Notes: generated by a model not told the origin, from the sequence alone. A stretch of 64,000 nt of DNA from a virus (IMGVR_UViG_3300038393_000245:12289-76288); one strand, 5' to 3'. Positions 8,618 through 15,319 are shown, counted from the first letter of the stretch. Program-made: numbers and translations.

Positions 8618-8618
8618 A

Positions 8619-9041
8619 TTACTTATTTCTGCCACAAAAGGTGGAAGTTTGTGAATGACAGTTTGGACATAACATTCGAAGATTATCAAACTTATGGTTA
8701 TGACTATCTCCGTCAATATGGTCCAGCTGAATATTAAGTGGTTTCCCATTCCACTCTTCAACTCCACATTCACTACATTTATTTTCTACAAAACCGTCTT
8801 TAAGAAGTCTGTTCTTTAGTTTAACCGTAGGATATTGAGGGTGTTTTCCATCCAAAATATCTTCTAATTCAAACTTTCCACTATTACCGCCGTTTACAAA
8901 CTTAAGTTCTAACTTCTGAGCTCGACGCCAAATTGTTATATTTGGAACGCCGAATTTGACCGAGAGACGACCTAATTTAGGTTCTTGTTTATACTCCTCA
9001 ATCAGTTCTTTGTCTGTAAACTTATATTTGTCTTGTATCAT
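8619..9041 (-). CDS. HNH endonuclease (free-standing homing-type)
   Basis: CSECG..EWNGKPL..QLDHIDGD..N.KFDNLRMLCPNCHSQT motif; N-terminal HTH-like segment. Confidence 0.9.
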   Translation of the reverse strand: MIQDKYKFTDKELIEEYKQEPKLGRLSVKFGVPNITIWRRAQKLELKFVNGGNSGKFELEDILDGKHPQYPTVKLKNRLLKDGFVENKCSECGVEEWNGKPLNIQLDHIDGDSHNHKFDNLRMLCPNCHSQTSTFCGRNK

Positions 9042-9046
9042 AACTA

Positions 9047-9132
9047 TGGTGAGCCGGTGCGGAATCGAACCACTCCCAATTAAGGAGACGCTTTACAGGC
9101 GCCGTGCATCACACCAGATGCTTTCCCGACCC
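9047..9132 (-). tRNA. trnY: tRNA-Tyr(GTA)
   Basis: GGCGC-CTGTAAA-GCGTC, long variable arm, CCA. Confidence 0.9.
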
Positions 9133-9133
9133 A

Positions 9134-9256
9134 TTAACTCTTTTCGGAATTCTTAGAGAAGTGTTTACGAATAACTTCGAATGCAGAGAATGATTTATCG
9201 AATTCTCGAACTGGAGTCTTCAAACCGCCGTCGTCTGGCCACATTCTTTTCTTCAT
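9134..9256 (-). CDS. small hypothetical protein (40 aa)
   Basis: Manual translation MKKRMWPDDGGLKTPVREF...; GGAAG RBS; fills the tRNA spacer. Confidence 0.45.
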   Translation of the reverse strand: MKKRMWPDDGGLKTPVREFDKSFSAFEVIRKHFSKNSEKS

Positions 9257-9274
9257 TGTACTTCCAAAAAAAAA

Positions 9275-9351
9275 TGGAGGATCACCCGGGATTCGAACCC
9301 GGACCTTTCGACTTAAGAGGACGGCGCTCTACCAATTGTAGCTAGTGATCC
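9275..9351 (-). tRNA. trnK: tRNA-Lys(CTT)
   Basis: GGATCAC/GTGATCC acceptor, loop CT-CTT-AA, weak anticodon stem. Confidence 0.8.
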
Positions 9352-9360
9352 AATGCATTA

Positions 9361-9389
9361 CTTATATACTAATCTATCTATAATGTCAA
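9361..9389 (-). promoter_or_regulatory. sigma70-like promoter inside tRNA array
   Basis: TTGACA-17-TATAAG directly upstream of tRNA-Lys. Confidence 0.7.
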
Positions 9390-9394
9390 TAAAT

Positions 9395-9613
9395 TTATAT
9401 TGGAAACCAGAGTACTTCCGTAACGTCTTCGGAAATGTTAAGATGGAAAGCAACGTCTGAAGGATCCCTCTCGGTATCATCTATCTCGTTGTAATATACT
9501 AGTTTACAATATCCATCAAACGAATCAATCTCACCAACCACTACCTTGTCGATGAATTCATCGATATCAATTAATTCACCCGAGTCGGTATCTTCTTCTC
9601 GAAGCAGTCTCAT
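9395..9613 (-). CDS. acidic hypothetical protein
   Basis: Start moved to ATG 9613, immediately after the upstream stop. Confidence 0.6.
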   Translation of the reverse strand: MRLLREEDTDSGELIDIDEFIDKVVVGEIDSFDGYCKLVYYNEIDDTERDPSDVAFHLNISEDVTEVLWFPI

Positions 9614-9615
9614 AC

Positions 9616-9861
9616 TCACTTTCCGTATGTCTTTTGCCAAGATGAATCTACCGTAATTAGCCCTTCTCCTGCAAGAAGAACGTTCCACATGATTCGAGAG
9701 AGCTCTACTGGCGTTGGAGCGGATTCAATATCTCGAAGTAGTGCGAACTTCTTTGCTGGTTTTGTAGTGGTAGACTTTATTAAATCTAAGCAGTGGCTTC
9801 TAGCCTGGTCAATATTCATTAGAGGAATGTCTTGTAGAAGGGAAGGATCAAAAGTATCCAA
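9616..9861 (-). CDS. hypothetical protein
   Basis: 81-aa ORF with AAGGA RBS. Confidence 0.7.
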   Translation of the reverse strand: MDTFDPSLLQDIPLMNIDQARSHCLDLIKSTTTKPAKKFALLRDIESAPTPVELSRIMWNVLLAGEGLITVDSSWQKTYGK

Positions 9862-9931
9862 TTCTTGTTCCTTTCTAAGACCTTAGTATAATACTTTAGC
9901 CTGAAAGTAAATTACATTATTATAATATTAT

Positions 9932-10007
9932 TGGTGCTCTCGACAGGACTCGAACCTGTAACTAAACTTTAGGAGAGTTTCGTTTTTTCCAGTTATACTA
10001 CGAGAGC
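9932..10007 (-). tRNA. trnR: tRNA-Arg(CCT)
   Basis: AAACT-CTCCTAA-AGTTT, cloverleaf, CCA. Confidence 0.88.
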
Positions 10008-10012
10008 AATAT

Positions 10013-10103
10013 TGGATGCCCCTCCAGGATTCGAACCTGTTAAGATGCAATGCACGACGAGTTTCAAAGGCTCGGAGCCAGACCTACCAGCGCAAAAGGG
10101 GCA
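10013..10103 (-). tRNA. atypical tRNA, 9-nt anticodon loop (TTG/Gln or TGA/Ser), long variable region
   Basis: TGCCCCT/AGGGGCA acceptor, CGAG-CCTTTGAAA-CTCG, canonical T-loop, CCA. Confidence 0.6.
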
Positions 10104-10110
10104 ATGAAAA

Positions 10111-10186
10111 TGGTACACCCGGTAGGAGTTGAACCCACATCGAGGCCGTTATGAGCGGCTGGCTTTTACCGTTAAGCTACAGGTGC
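10111..10186 (-). tRNA. tRNA-Met/Ile2(CAT)
   Basis: GCCG-CTCATAA-CGGC, cloverleaf, CCA. Confidence 0.85.
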
Positions 10187-10193
10187 GTGATAA

Positions 10194-10288
10194 TGGTGCG
10201 CCCACTAGGATTCGAACCTAGACCGTGCGGTAATCTGCCGCCATTGCCGGAATATAAAGCCGGTGTTCTACCATTAAACTATAAGCGC
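10194..10288 (-). tRNA. atypical tRNA, probably Ile(TAT), 9-nt loop and long variable arm
   Basis: GCGCTTA/TGGGCGC acceptor, CCGG-CTTTATATT-CCGG, extra hairpin GCGG-CAGATTA-CCGC. Confidence 0.6.
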
Positions 10289-10301
10289 GTTACTTCTAAA
10301 A

Positions 10302-10378
10302 TGGTACCCACGGTCGGAGTCGAACCGACACTAGAACAAATTTTAAGCTTGTCGCCTCTTCCTTTGGGCTACGTGGGC
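10302..10378 (-). tRNA. trnL: tRNA-Leu(TAA), short variable arm
   Basis: Leu-type D arm GCCCAAAGGAAGAGGC, ACAAG-CTTAAAA-TTTGT. Confidence 0.88.
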
Positions 10379-10433
10379 GTGAACTTGTGCAGTGTTAACG
10401 AAAGCCAGCGAAGGTGGCTTCCAAACCGTTTAC

Positions 10434-10522
10434 TGGAGGAAAGCAGGGAGCCCGAGTCCCAGACCATCACTAGTCCCATCGGTTTAGCAAACCGCGACAG
10501 CACCCTGGCTGCTTTACTTTCC
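10434..10522 (-). tRNA. trnS: tRNA-Ser(GCT), atypical T-loop
   Basis: GGAAAGT/GCTTTCC acceptor, CGGT-TTGCTAA-ACCG, long variable arm, T-loop CTCGGGC. Confidence 0.7.
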
Positions 10523-10527
10523 ATAAT

Positions 10528-10605
10528 TGGAGGCGGGAGGGGCGCTCGAATCCCCCAGGTTACCTGCTTATGAGACAGGCGACTAACCGTCTTGTCCTTC
10601 CCGCA
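10528..10605 (-). tRNA. trnM: tRNA-Met(CAT)
   Basis: CCTGT-CTCATAA-GCAGG; 1:72 mismatch; enlarged T-loop. Confidence 0.75.
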
Positions 10606-10662
10606 AATTAGGCGATACTATGCTTACTGTACATCCGAGCTTAGCATAGCATCTAACTGAAT

Positions 10663-10739
10663 TGGAGGACCAGGTGGGGTTCGAACCCACATGCGCGCGG
10701 GTTAAAAGCCCGCCGTTCAGCCTATTGAACTACTGGTCC
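10663..10739 (-). tRNA. trnK: tRNA-Lys(TTT)
   Basis: GCGGG-CTTTTAA-CCCGC, cloverleaf, CCA. Confidence 0.92.
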
Positions 10740-10766
10740 ACTGTAACTGTTCAATATCGGCCATAG

Positions 10767-10850
10767 CAGCACCGTGAAGCACTGACTTTATCTGAATTGA
10801 GTGGCGGGTATTCGATCCACTTTTAACCGGCTACGAAGACGGTCACTCAA
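10767..10850 (-). ncRNA. minihelix-like RNA plus 3' hairpin
   Basis: TTGAGTG/CACTCAA helix enclosing an ACCG/CGGT hairpin and a T-arm-like GTGG-ATCGAATA-CCCGC; then a CAGTGC/GTGCTG hairpin. Confidence 0.4.
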
Positions 10851-10854
10851 AATT

Positions 10855-10925
10855 TGGTGCCGGTAAAGAGTAACGATCTCTCCATTGGGCGCTTATGAAA
10901 CGCTTATGCCCACCATGGGACCGGC
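10855..10925 (-). tRNA. tRNA(CAT) with truncated D arm
   Basis: GCCGGT/ACCGGC acceptor, CCC-ATGGT-GGG mini D arm, GCGT-TTCATAA-GCGC, T-loop ATCGTTA; 71 nt. Confidence 0.65.
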
Positions 10926-10931
10926 AAAATA

Positions 10932-11025
10932 TGGAGGAAGCGGTGGGATTCGAACCCACGGAACCCATCCCTGAGTCCCCTAGTTTTCAAGACTAGTCCA
11001 ATAAACCAGGCTCTGGCACGCTTCC
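10932..11025 (-). tRNA. trnS: tRNA-Ser(TGA)
   Basis: CTAGT-CTTGAAA-ACTAG, long variable arm, CCA. Confidence 0.92.
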
Positions 11026-11030
11026 ATATA

Positions 11031-11104
11031 TGGATGCTCCACTACGATTCGAACGTAGATTGAACGGTTCAGAGCCGCGTCTATTACCATTATAGGATGG
11101 AGCA
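11031..11104 (-). tRNA. trnQ: tRNA-Gln(CTG)
   Basis: T1-A72 acceptor, GCGG-CTCTGAA-CCGT. Confidence 0.9.
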
Positions 11105-11111
11105 AAAAAAT

Positions 11112-11185
11112 TGGTACTTCCTAGAGGAATCGAACCTCTGTACAGCGGTTATCGGCCGCATGCTCTGCCATTGAGCTAAGGAAGT
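11112..11185 (-). tRNA. trnI: tRNA-Ile(GAT)
   Basis: GCGG-CCGATAA-CCGC, cloverleaf, CCA. Confidence 0.9.
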
Positions 11186-11186
11186 A

Positions 11187-11262
11187 TGGCTCTAGTTGTT
11201 GGATTCGAACCAACCTTCATCGGTTAACAGCCGATTGCCCTCACCTAGATGGCTCAACTAGA
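11187..11262 (-). tRNA. trnN: tRNA-Asn(GTT)
   Basis: ATCGG-CTGTTAA-CCGAT, G73-CCA. Confidence 0.92.
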
Positions 11263-11270
11263 ACAAAATA

Positions 11271-11348
11271 TGGTACTCGATGGGGGAATCGAACCCGCCC
11301 TAAAATAGTGTGTAAAACTATCGGCCTCACCAGATGCACTAATCGAGC
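11271..11348 (-). tRNA. trnV: tRNA-Val(TAC)
   Basis: ATAGT-TTTACAC-ACTAT, cloverleaf, CCA. Confidence 0.88.
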
Positions 11349-11349
11349 A

Positions 11350-11429
11350 TGGAGCCCTAGACAGGATTCGAACCTGCATGTGATCCAGTTACCTTTCTAC
11401 TGATTCGTAGTCAGTGGGGTTACTAGGGC
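11350..11429 (-). tRNA. trnR: D-arm-less tRNA-Arg(ACG)
   Basis: GCCCTAG/CTAGGGC acceptor, only 7 nt before the anticodon stem ACTGA-CTACGAA-TCAGT, 21-nt variable region, canonical T arm. Confidence 0.7.
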
Positions 11430-11438
11430 GCTTATAAG

Positions 11439-11517
11439 TGGAGCCCTCGACAGGATTCGAACCTGCATGTGATCCATTAGCTTTCTCCTGCTTCGAAGGC
11501 AGGCGGCATACGAGGGC
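11439..11517 (-). tRNA. trnR: D-arm-less tRNA-Arg(TCG)
   Basis: GCCCTCG/CGAGGGC acceptor, 7-nt linker, CCTGC-CTTCGAA-GCAGG, 20-nt variable region. Confidence 0.7.
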
Positions 11518-11529
11518 ACACTGAAACTT

Positions 11530-11598
11530 TCCTCGCCACGAGCCATAGCATGCGCTCCGCGAGGACTCTAGAACTCACGACTGTATCGGACTCTAGAG
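11530..11598 (-). ncRNA. tandem hairpins in tRNA spacer
   Basis: CTCTAGA/TCTAGAG-closed and TCCTCGC/GCGAGGA-closed hairpins back to back. Confidence 0.35.
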
Positions 11599-11615
11599 CA
11601 AGTGTTAATATTCAA

Positions 11616-11627
11616 TTGTCAAAGAGC
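11616..11627 (-). promoter_or_regulatory. boxA-like antitermination element
   Basis: GCTCTTTGACAA directly after the tRNA-Phe CCA; cf. rrn boxA TGCTCTTTAACA. Confidence 0.5.
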
Positions 11628-11703
11628 TGGTGCGCCAGGTAGGAATCGAACCTACATCCTGGGATTTTCAGTCCCGTGCATGAACCATCACTGCCACCGA
11701 CGC
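11628..11703 (-). tRNA. trnF: tRNA-Phe(GAA)
   Basis: GGGA-CTGAAAA-TCCC, cloverleaf, CCA. Confidence 0.93.
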
Positions 11704-11710
11704 ATTTAAA

Positions 11711-12196
11711 TTATGGCGCGTGACGAACTAAATGGTCCGCCGCGTGCATTGCCGCGAATGCATCAGGTTTAATCTTAGGCTCAACACCATTTAGATTTCC
11801 CCTGACATAGCCGATAGCTTCTCGAACGGCTACATTAGACTTATATCTTGGATTTGGATTAATGTCAAGGTGAACCTCCATGTGTCGGTCACCAACTTCG
11901 TCCAAAATCTCAAGAGCCGCATTAACAGCAAACATAACTTCATTAAGAAGTCTGGTCTTAGGAGACTTATCGCTTCCCCAATCCTGGAGGATCTGAGAAT
12001 CGTAGAACAATTTGCAACCCTTAGAACTGTCCCTATGGACAATAATAACGGTCATATATCTAGCGTACCAAAGACCATTCTTCTTAAACCGTTTAGAGTC
12101 ACAACCAACATAGACTGAAGACTCTTGGCTCGATTCACGAATCGTTTCTTTCGCTTCGTCGATCCATGTCTTCGTATCTGTCACTTTAAACTCCAT
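11711..12196 (-). CDS. RNase H-like nuclease, YkuK/DUF458 family
   Basis: VYVGCDS, RLLNEV, EVHLDIN and IKPDAFAAMHAADH motifs. Confidence 0.8.
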   Translation of the reverse strand: MEFKVTDTKTWIDEAKETIRESSQESSVYVGCDSKRFKKNGLWYARYMTVIIVHRDSSKGCKLFYDSQILQDWGSDKSPKTRLLNEVMFAVNAALEILDEVGDRHMEVHLDINPNPRYKSNVAVREAIGYVRGNLNGVEPKIKPDAFAAMHAADHLVRHAP

Positions 12197-12207
12197 GGTT
12201 CTAAACT

Positions 12208-12281
12208 TGGCACCGGTACAAGGATTCGAACCCTGACAAGCAGTTTTGGAGGCTGCCGTGCTACCATTACACTATACCGAT
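12208..12281 (-). tRNA. trnW: tRNA-Trp(CCA)
   Basis: Loop CT-CCA-AA, G73-CCA. Confidence 0.9.
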
Positions 12282-12282
12282 G

Positions 12283-12357
12283 TGGTGGACCTCCGGGGAA
12301 TCGAACCCCGACTCCCTGCTTGCAAGGCAGGAGTGCTCCCATTATCACTAGAAGCCC
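12283..12357 (-). tRNA. trnA: tRNA-Ala(TGC)
   Basis: G3:U70 pair, CCTGC-CTTGCAA-GCAGG. Confidence 0.93.
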
Positions 12358-12363
12358 ACTAAA

Positions 12364-12437
12364 TGGCGATCTATTGGGGAATCGAACCCCAGACTAACCG
12401 TAGACAGCGGTTGGTTTTACCACTAAACTAATAGACC
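12364..12437 (-). tRNA. trnD: tRNA-Asp(GTC)
   Basis: AACCG-CTGTCTA-CGGTT, G73-CCA. Confidence 0.92.
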
Positions 12438-12438
12438 G

Positions 12439-12513
12439 TGGAGCGGATGAAGGGTTACGATCCCTCTACCTGATCGTTGGCAACGATCTGCTCTACCATT
12501 GAGCTACATCCGC
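12439..12513 (-). tRNA. trnG: tRNA-Gly(GCC)
   Basis: GATCG-TTGCCAA-CGATC, T-loop ATCGTAA. Confidence 0.9.
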
Positions 12514-12519
12514 ATGAGA

Positions 12520-12594
12520 TGGAGGTGAGGACCGGGATCGAACCGGTGTAAACTAGTTTTGCAGACTAGCGCGTAACCACTCCGCCACCACACC
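12520..12594 (-). tRNA. trnC: tRNA-Cys(GCA)
   Basis: CTAGT-CTGCAAA-ACTAG, U73-CCA. Confidence 0.92.
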
Positions 12595-12619
12595 AATATC
12601 TCTATAAATTATGTATTCC

Positions 12620-12648
12620 TATATATACTTTCCATCAAGAAATGTCAA
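12620..12648 (-). promoter_or_regulatory. sigma70-like promoter heading the tRNA array
   Basis: TTGACA-17-TATATA. Confidence 0.72.
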
Positions 12649-12658
12649 TAAGTTTTTT

Positions 12659-13177
12659 TCAAATATTGATTTTGTTTAATATTTCCGATGTAATGGTGTT
12701 GAGCCCCTCTTCATCACCATTAACTTCGAGATATGGAACCTCCCACTTATGTAAGAGTCCCTTGATGATCTCGTGTTTCTGTTTAGATTCCTCAGAGCTC
12801 TGATTTCTTCCCTTGGGATTATAAGGCTTCACACGATTAATCAAGAAATTAATATTGTTATATTGATTAAATGCCCATAGAGTAGTCTGATGAAAACACT
12901 CAGGATAATCTTGAGCGTATGCTAATCCTAAGAGAATTGGTGAATCAGAGATGATAACATCGCAATCCCCTGACAGTCTCCATACTCGATGATGTTGTTT
13001 TCCGAAAACATAAAGTTGATCTTGTAGAGTATGTTGTCTCTTCGACCATGTTAAATCTTTAGCATATTCTCCAGTAAGCTCTACGTTAATTCCCATGTTC
13101 TTAAGTCTATAAAATAGACCAGAAGCCGTAGTAGATTTTCCACTTCCTGGGCTTCCAAAAAGATTTATAACATTCAT
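12659..13177 (-). CDS. P-loop NTPase/kinase (AAA_28, NadR-type)
   Basis: GSPGSGKST Walker A, EYAKDL and IISDSPILL. Confidence 0.8.
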   Translation of the reverse strand: MNVINLFGSPGSGKSTTASGLFYRLKNMGINVELTGEYAKDLTWSKRQHTLQDQLYVFGKQHHRVWRLSGDCDVIISDSPILLGLAYAQDYPECFHQTTLWAFNQYNNINFLINRVKPYNPKGRNQSSEESKQKHEIIKGLLHKWEVPYLEVNGDEEGLNTITSEILNKINI

Positions 13178-13180
13178 ATA

Positions 13181-13636
13181 TTATGCATTACTACTTGCAC
13201 TCAGTGTTATTGTGTATGTTCTGGTTTTTCCAAAACTTGTTGAAGTCACGCTCCAAGTAGCCAATCTATCCCCTCCAGTCGACGGTGCTTGAACTGTAAA
13301 AGTTATAGTGTTTGAAGATGACCCAGTTGGAATATTAACTGTAGACCATGTCCCACTTCCAGTAGTTCTGGTATAATCCCATGTTGCAGGATAATTGCTC
13401 GTTATCGTATATCCTGCATTTACCGGATATGAGCTAGAAGTTCCATATGATCCATTCGCATCTGGGTTCCATCTTACGTAAGACTTTCCTTTAAGATCAG
13501 ACATCGATATGGATCCAGATGTCTTATCTGCTAGATAATAAACATTCGGATCACTCATAGAGATCGATCCTGCAGCAGATCCATAAATCTCTAGTCTGAC
13601 GTCAGATAGTTTAATTTGACCCGTTGGTGTAGTCAT
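13181..13636 (-). CDS. putative fibre-tip/adhesin-like virion protein
   Basis: N terminus TPTGQIKLSDV...SISMSD...SGSISMSDLKGKS resembles gp38-type adhesin N-domains; Thr/Ser-rich Ig-like C terminus. Confidence 0.6.
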   Translation of the reverse strand: MTTPTGQIKLSDVRLEIYGSAAGSISMSDPNVYYLADKTSGSISMSDLKGKSYVRWNPDANGSYGTSSSYPVNAGYTITSNYPATWDYTRTTGSGTWSTVNIPTGSSSNTITFTVQAPSTGGDRLATWSVTSTSFGKTRTYTITLSASSNA

Positions 13637-13659
13637 GAGATCTCCTAATTTATGACTAC

Positions 13660-13857
13660 TTATAATCTGGGACCCTTGTGTTGATATGAACTCTTCAATT
13701 CCTCAAGCGTACCGACAACGTAGTTAGACTTATTGACTGGTACTGTTAGAAACTGCTTCTTAGGTTCGCCGTGTTCTAGGCATGTACGATATCCAAGAGA
13801 AGCCCTAGCAGTACTAAATTCCTCACCACACTTAATGCAGTAAGCCATATCTCTCAC
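13660..13857 (-). CDS. small zinc-finger protein (DksA/TraR-like)
   Basis: CxxC...R...G..TC..H pattern. Confidence 0.55.
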   Translation of the reverse strand: MRDMAYCIKCGEEFSTARASLGYRTCLEHGEPKKQFLTVPVNKSNYVVGTLEELKSSYQHKGPRL

Positions 13858-14144
13858 TCATCAAACAAAGATGTATACTTTTTAAGCTTTGGTAATTTGT
13901 ACTGTATTCTCTCGGATATCAACTCGGATTCAATGAGACCTCTATCTCTTAGATATCGTTTTAGAAGTTCAAAGTCACCAATCTCATCATTTAAGAGAAG
14001 TCGATTCTCTCTCATCTCCGGATCGTTAGGGTGATATGAGTTTAATCCAAATCTACGAATCTTCGAAATAATCTGAATTATCTCAGCGCACTCTTCCTGC
14101 ATGAGGTTTAAGGCCTCATCAATTTCATTACTCATGTTATCCAC
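13854..14144 (-). CDS. MazG-like NTP pyrophosphohydrolase
   Basis: QEECAE...EIGD helical acidic motif. Confidence 0.65.
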   Translation of the reverse strand: MDNMSNEIDEALNLMQEECAEIIQIISKIRRFGLNSYHPNDPEMRENRLLLNDEIGDFELLKRYLRDRGLIESELISERIQYKLPKLKKYTSLFDE

Positions 14145-14148
14145 AGAT

Positions 14149-14310
14149 TTATTCTGGCTCGATAAGAGTTACAACGATAAGATCGTCGTTGTAATACATG
14201 TCTTGTAAGACACGATATTCAAAATATGCAGAGTTAGCATCTTCAAAAGTAAGATGGTCTAGTAGTCCAATAAGAGCAGATCGAACCTCAACAACGTACT
14301 CGTAATTCAT
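14149..14310 (-). CDS. hypothetical protein (53 aa)
   Basis: Manual translation MNYEYVVEVRSAL...IEPE, downstream of a sigma70 promoter. Confidence 0.55.
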   Translation of the reverse strand: MNYEYVVEVRSALIGLLDHLTFEDANSAYFEYRVLQDMYYNDDLIVVTLIEPE

Positions 14311-14343
14311 TAGAACCCCGCACATGTCTGAATCTTAGCATAT

Positions 14344-14372
14344 TATATATCACGTTACTAAGAAAATGTCAA
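14344..14372 (-). promoter_or_regulatory. sigma70-like early promoter
   Basis: TTGACA-17-TATATA. Confidence 0.65.
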
Positions 14373-14394
14373 GGTATTTTAGTACTTTTGTTTA

Positions 14395-14790
14395 TTAAGA
14401 TTTTCTCTTGCCGATATTGTACTTAGTGATTAACTCCCATTGATTCTTTTCTTTAAATGGAAGAATCTTTATTTGACTCATCGATGCTCTGTTATTTTCA
14501 ATAGAGTGATCTAATACTGACACCAAACCCCACTCTTCGAGAAGGAGAGCTATTGCATTTCTTCGTGATTGATCTTCTGGAGTAAAATCGGTAGGCTTAC
14601 CATCTAAAGCAAATAACTCCTTAAAATGGACTATGTAATAGTGGCCTTGTTTGTGGAGTATATGACACGATTGATAGAGTTTCTTATCTCTTTTCGAAGA
14701 CACTCCAATACGAGTCAATGTTTCTTTAATCTTTAAAAAATCTTCGTCATGCGCGAGATCTATCTCCACAAATGTATTTACTAGACTCAT
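14395..14790 (-). CDS. regA: translational repressor RegA
   Basis: DFLKIKETLTRIGV.S....LYQSCHILHKQG.YYIVHFKELF.LDG. Confidence 0.97.
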   Translation of the reverse strand: MSLVNTFVEIDLAHDEDFLKIKETLTRIGVSSKRDKKLYQSCHILHKQGHYYIVHFKELFALDGKPTDFTPEDQSRRNAIALLLEEWGLVSVLDHSIENNRASMSQIKILPFKEKNQWELITKYNIGKRKS

Positions 14791-15173
14791 CTGCCACCCT
14801 TTTCAAGCTTTTGTTTTAGTTCTTTTAATTGTTGGGTGGAAAGAACAGTTAAAGCTTGCTGCGCCTTTTTGTATCCATAACCAAAATACTCTTGGACTGC
14901 TTCAAGGTCACCATCTTTCTCACGTTTCGCCCATTTGGAAAATCTTTTCCTTGGACGAATGCTATTTATTAGATAATCGAACTGAAGCAATGCATCTAAG
15001 TGAGCCAACCTATTCATTTCATTGGCATAATACAAGGTGTCGGGATAGTAACTTAATCCACGATTGACCATGAAAGCAGAGTATTCTTTTTCTAACTGTT
15101 CCGGATTTTCTGACTCTCGGATGATGTCCTTATTCTGATTGATAGCGTTAATAAAATCAAACGGATTGGCCAC
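14787..15173 (-). CDS. gp62: clamp loader small subunit gp62
   Basis: PFDFINAINQ.K, FMVNRGLSY..D and VQEYFGYGYKKA; position between 44 and regA. Confidence 0.93.
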   Translation of the reverse strand: MANPFDFINAINQNKDIIRESENPEQLEKEYSAFMVNRGLSYYPDTLYYANEMNRLAHLDALLQFDYLINSIRPRKRFSKWAKREKDGDLEAVQEYFGYGYKKAQQALTVLSTQQLKELKQKLEKGGR

Positions 15174-15319
15174 TACAACATCTCTTTAGTAACAATATCG
15201 TATAGAGCTTCTCGGATCTCTTCTTGAGTGTCATTATCAACACCATTGAATAGAGATCTATCATCAAGTTCTTCGATGATTTTATCGACAATTTCTCCGG
15301 CTATAACATCAATCATCAT
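15173..15319 (-). CDS. acidic hypothetical protein (48 aa)
   Basis: Manual translation MMIDVIAGEIVDKIIEEL...; coupled to both gp44 and gp62. Confidence 0.55.
   Translation of the reverse strand: MMIDVIAGEIVDKIIEELDDRSLFNGVDNDTQEEIREALYDIVTKEML

Noticed and set aside
10194-10288. Possible TTA ochre suppressor indicating genetic code reassignment
   Set aside because: Core genes are intact under code 11 and end in TAA, TAG and TGA; TAT is centred in the loop
7311-12397. ORFs 7311-7619(+), 7774-7977(-), 8956-9156(+), 10151-10573(+) and 12125-12397(+)
   Set aside because: They overlap tRNA genes or real CDSs and are translation artefacts of structured RNA
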